A stretch of 63,810 nt of DNA, filler included, from an uncultured bacterium (GTDB lineage: Bacteria; CAYJRR01), in assembly GCA_964372275.1 (NCBI GenBank). It is 6 parts of 6 records of this genome, joined end to end, with 100 filler letters (N's around TTAATTAATTAA, not from the genome) between each part and the next. Parts side by side here need not be neighbours in the genome. Positions count along the whole stretch, not along the records: positions 56,349 to 63,810 come from CAYJRR010000175.1; 5 more parts are not named here. One strand, given 5' to 3'. Made by a program: the position numbers and the translations under genes. The first letter of the stretch is position 1, and the number at the start of each line of letters is the position of its first letter. The notes beneath the pieces were generated by a model that was not told the origin of the DNA, searched no databases, and was given only the letters and a program-made list of their open reading frames with translations. Below, piece after piece: positions 62,656 to 63,810 of this stretch.

Positions 62656-63669
62656 ATGTCCGACCCGAAGCTCACGATCATCGTCCCGATGAAGGACGAG
62701 GAGGCGGTCGTCGCCGACACCGCACGGCGGTTGGCGACCGTCGCCGAGACGCTCGTCGGTCCCGCGTGGGAGATCCTGCTCGTCGACGACGGATCGACCG
62801 ACGCCACGCCCCGACTCGCCGCCGGATTGGCGGCGGCGGACGGGCGGGTGCGGGTGTTGACCCACGCGCGGAACTTCGGGCGCGGCCGGGCGTTGCGCAC
62901 CGGCTTCGGCGACGCGCGCGGCGCGGTGGTGATCACCGTCGACGCCGACCTCACCTACGACGAGCACCACGTCCCGCGCCTCTACCGGGCGCTCGTCGAC
63001 GACGGCGACGCCGACGTCGTCCTCGGCTCCGCCTACATGCCGGGCGGGGCGGTGGAGGGTGTTCCGGCCAAGCGGCTCCTCCCCAGCCGCGTCGGCAACT
63101 GGATCCTCCGGTTCGCGCTGGAAGGGAAGGTCTACACCTCGACCTGCGTGCTGCGCGCCTACCGCAAGGAGGTGCTCGACGCCATCGACCTGGAGTCCGA
63201 CGACAAGGACATCCATCTCGAGGTGCTGCAGCGGGTCTGGGCCGCCGGCTACCGGGTGAAGGAGATCCCCGCCACGCTGAAAGGTCGGGCGAAGGGGCAG
63301 GGGCGCTCGAAGAGCACGCTCCGCACCCTCTTTCCCACGGTGAAGAGCCATCTCGCCTTCAGCTTCGTCACCCGGCCGATGATCCTGTTCGGCGCCGGCG
63401 GATTGGCGATGGTCATGGCCGGCCTGGGGGTTGGGGCCTACATCGGATGGCTCTGGTACCGCGCGCGGCTCAATCCCGACCGGCCGCTGATCGTTCTGAT
63501 GGTGTTGCTGCTGCTCGGCGGATTCCAGCTCCTCTCGTTCGGCTTCGTCGCCCTGCAGATCGGGGAGCTGCGGCGCGAGCTGGCCCGCGTCCAGCGCGAC
63601 GTGCGGCTGGGGGCCGGGCGCGCCGCCGGAGAAGGGCCCGCCGCCGGGCGCAAGACGGACCGCGCGTGA
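62656..63669 (+). CDS. GT2 polyprenol-phosphate glycosyltransferase (DPM1/GtrB-like) with two C-terminal TMs
   Basis: VDDGSTD, NFGRG.A..TG and DADL motifs; two hydrophobic helices. Confidence 0.92.
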   Translation: MSDPKLTIIVPMKDEEAVVADTARRLATVAETLVGPAWEILLVDDGSTDATPRLAAGLAAADGRVRVLTHARNFGRGRALRTGFGDARGAVVITVDADLTYDEHHVPRLYRALVDDGDADVVLGSAYMPGGAVEGVPAKRLLPSRVGNWILRFALEGKVYTSTCVLRAYRKEVLDAIDLESDDKDIHLEVLQRVWAAGYRVKEIPATLKGRAKGQGRSKSTLRTLFPTVKSHLAFSFVTRPMILFGAGGLAMVMAGLGVGAYIGWLWYRARLNPDRPLIVLMVLLLLGGFQLLSFGFVALQIGELRRELARVQRDVRLGAGRAAGEGPAAGRKTDRA

Positions 63670-63810
63670 ACGTCCTGGCGTTGAGCCACACCTATCCGCG
63701 GTTCGAGGGGGATCACCGCGGGGTCTTCATCCGCCAGATGTACGAGCACGTGGCGGCGCGCCACCGCGTCGACGTGCAGGCCCACGACCGTGTCGGAGCT
63801 GCCGCTCGCG
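63666..63810 (+). CDS. GT4 glycosyltransferase N-terminus (runs off window)
   Basis: GTGA overlap; VLALSHTYPRFEGD..GVF is a typical GT4 N-terminal start. Confidence 0.7.
   Translation, partial: MNVLALSHTYPRFEGDHRGVFIRQMYEHVAARHRVDVQAHDRVGAAAR

Overview
This is not one contiguous locus. Six contig pieces (1-11235, 11336-22559, 22660-33814, 33915-45061, 45162-56248, 56349-63810) are joined by five artificial 100-nt N spacers that carry TTAATTAATTAA. The four complete contigs are in descending size order, so nothing should be inferred across a spacer. The DNA is very GC-rich. Gene content (MglA-family GTPase, MshEN protein, zinc-ribbon/GYF protein, PilA-like helix, parA-parB-bactofilin-atp order, phoH-pgpH-ybeY-lnt-prfB) suggests a Myxococcota/deltaproteobacterial MAG (inference). 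Most genes are housekeeping: gap-pgk-tpiA-secG, ftsZ end, purC, mrp, murI, rmuC, queG, ATP synthase, parAB with three parS sites, rsmG, dapFAB, ligA and a glycosylation cluster. Main points of interest: (1) imuA and imuB are split by 3.6 kb, yet each has the same 36-bp promoter whose -35/-10 spacer is a palindrome ACGATAC-N4-GTATCGT, a candidate new SOS operator. (2) A coupled four-gene operon encodes exported orphan proteins, including two predicted 8-stranded barrels and a Cys-rich putative cargo. (3) A membrane-anchored MglA with a long proline-rich tail is coupled to a zinc-ribbon/GYF protein. (4) There are several long hairpin elements, two built from inverted AATGGAA heptamer arrays. (5) Many genes look leaderless, and three sigma54-type promoters lie upstream of genes of unknown function. 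No rRNA, tRNA, CRISPR array or transposase was recognised. All family calls come from motif recognition by eye, not database searches.
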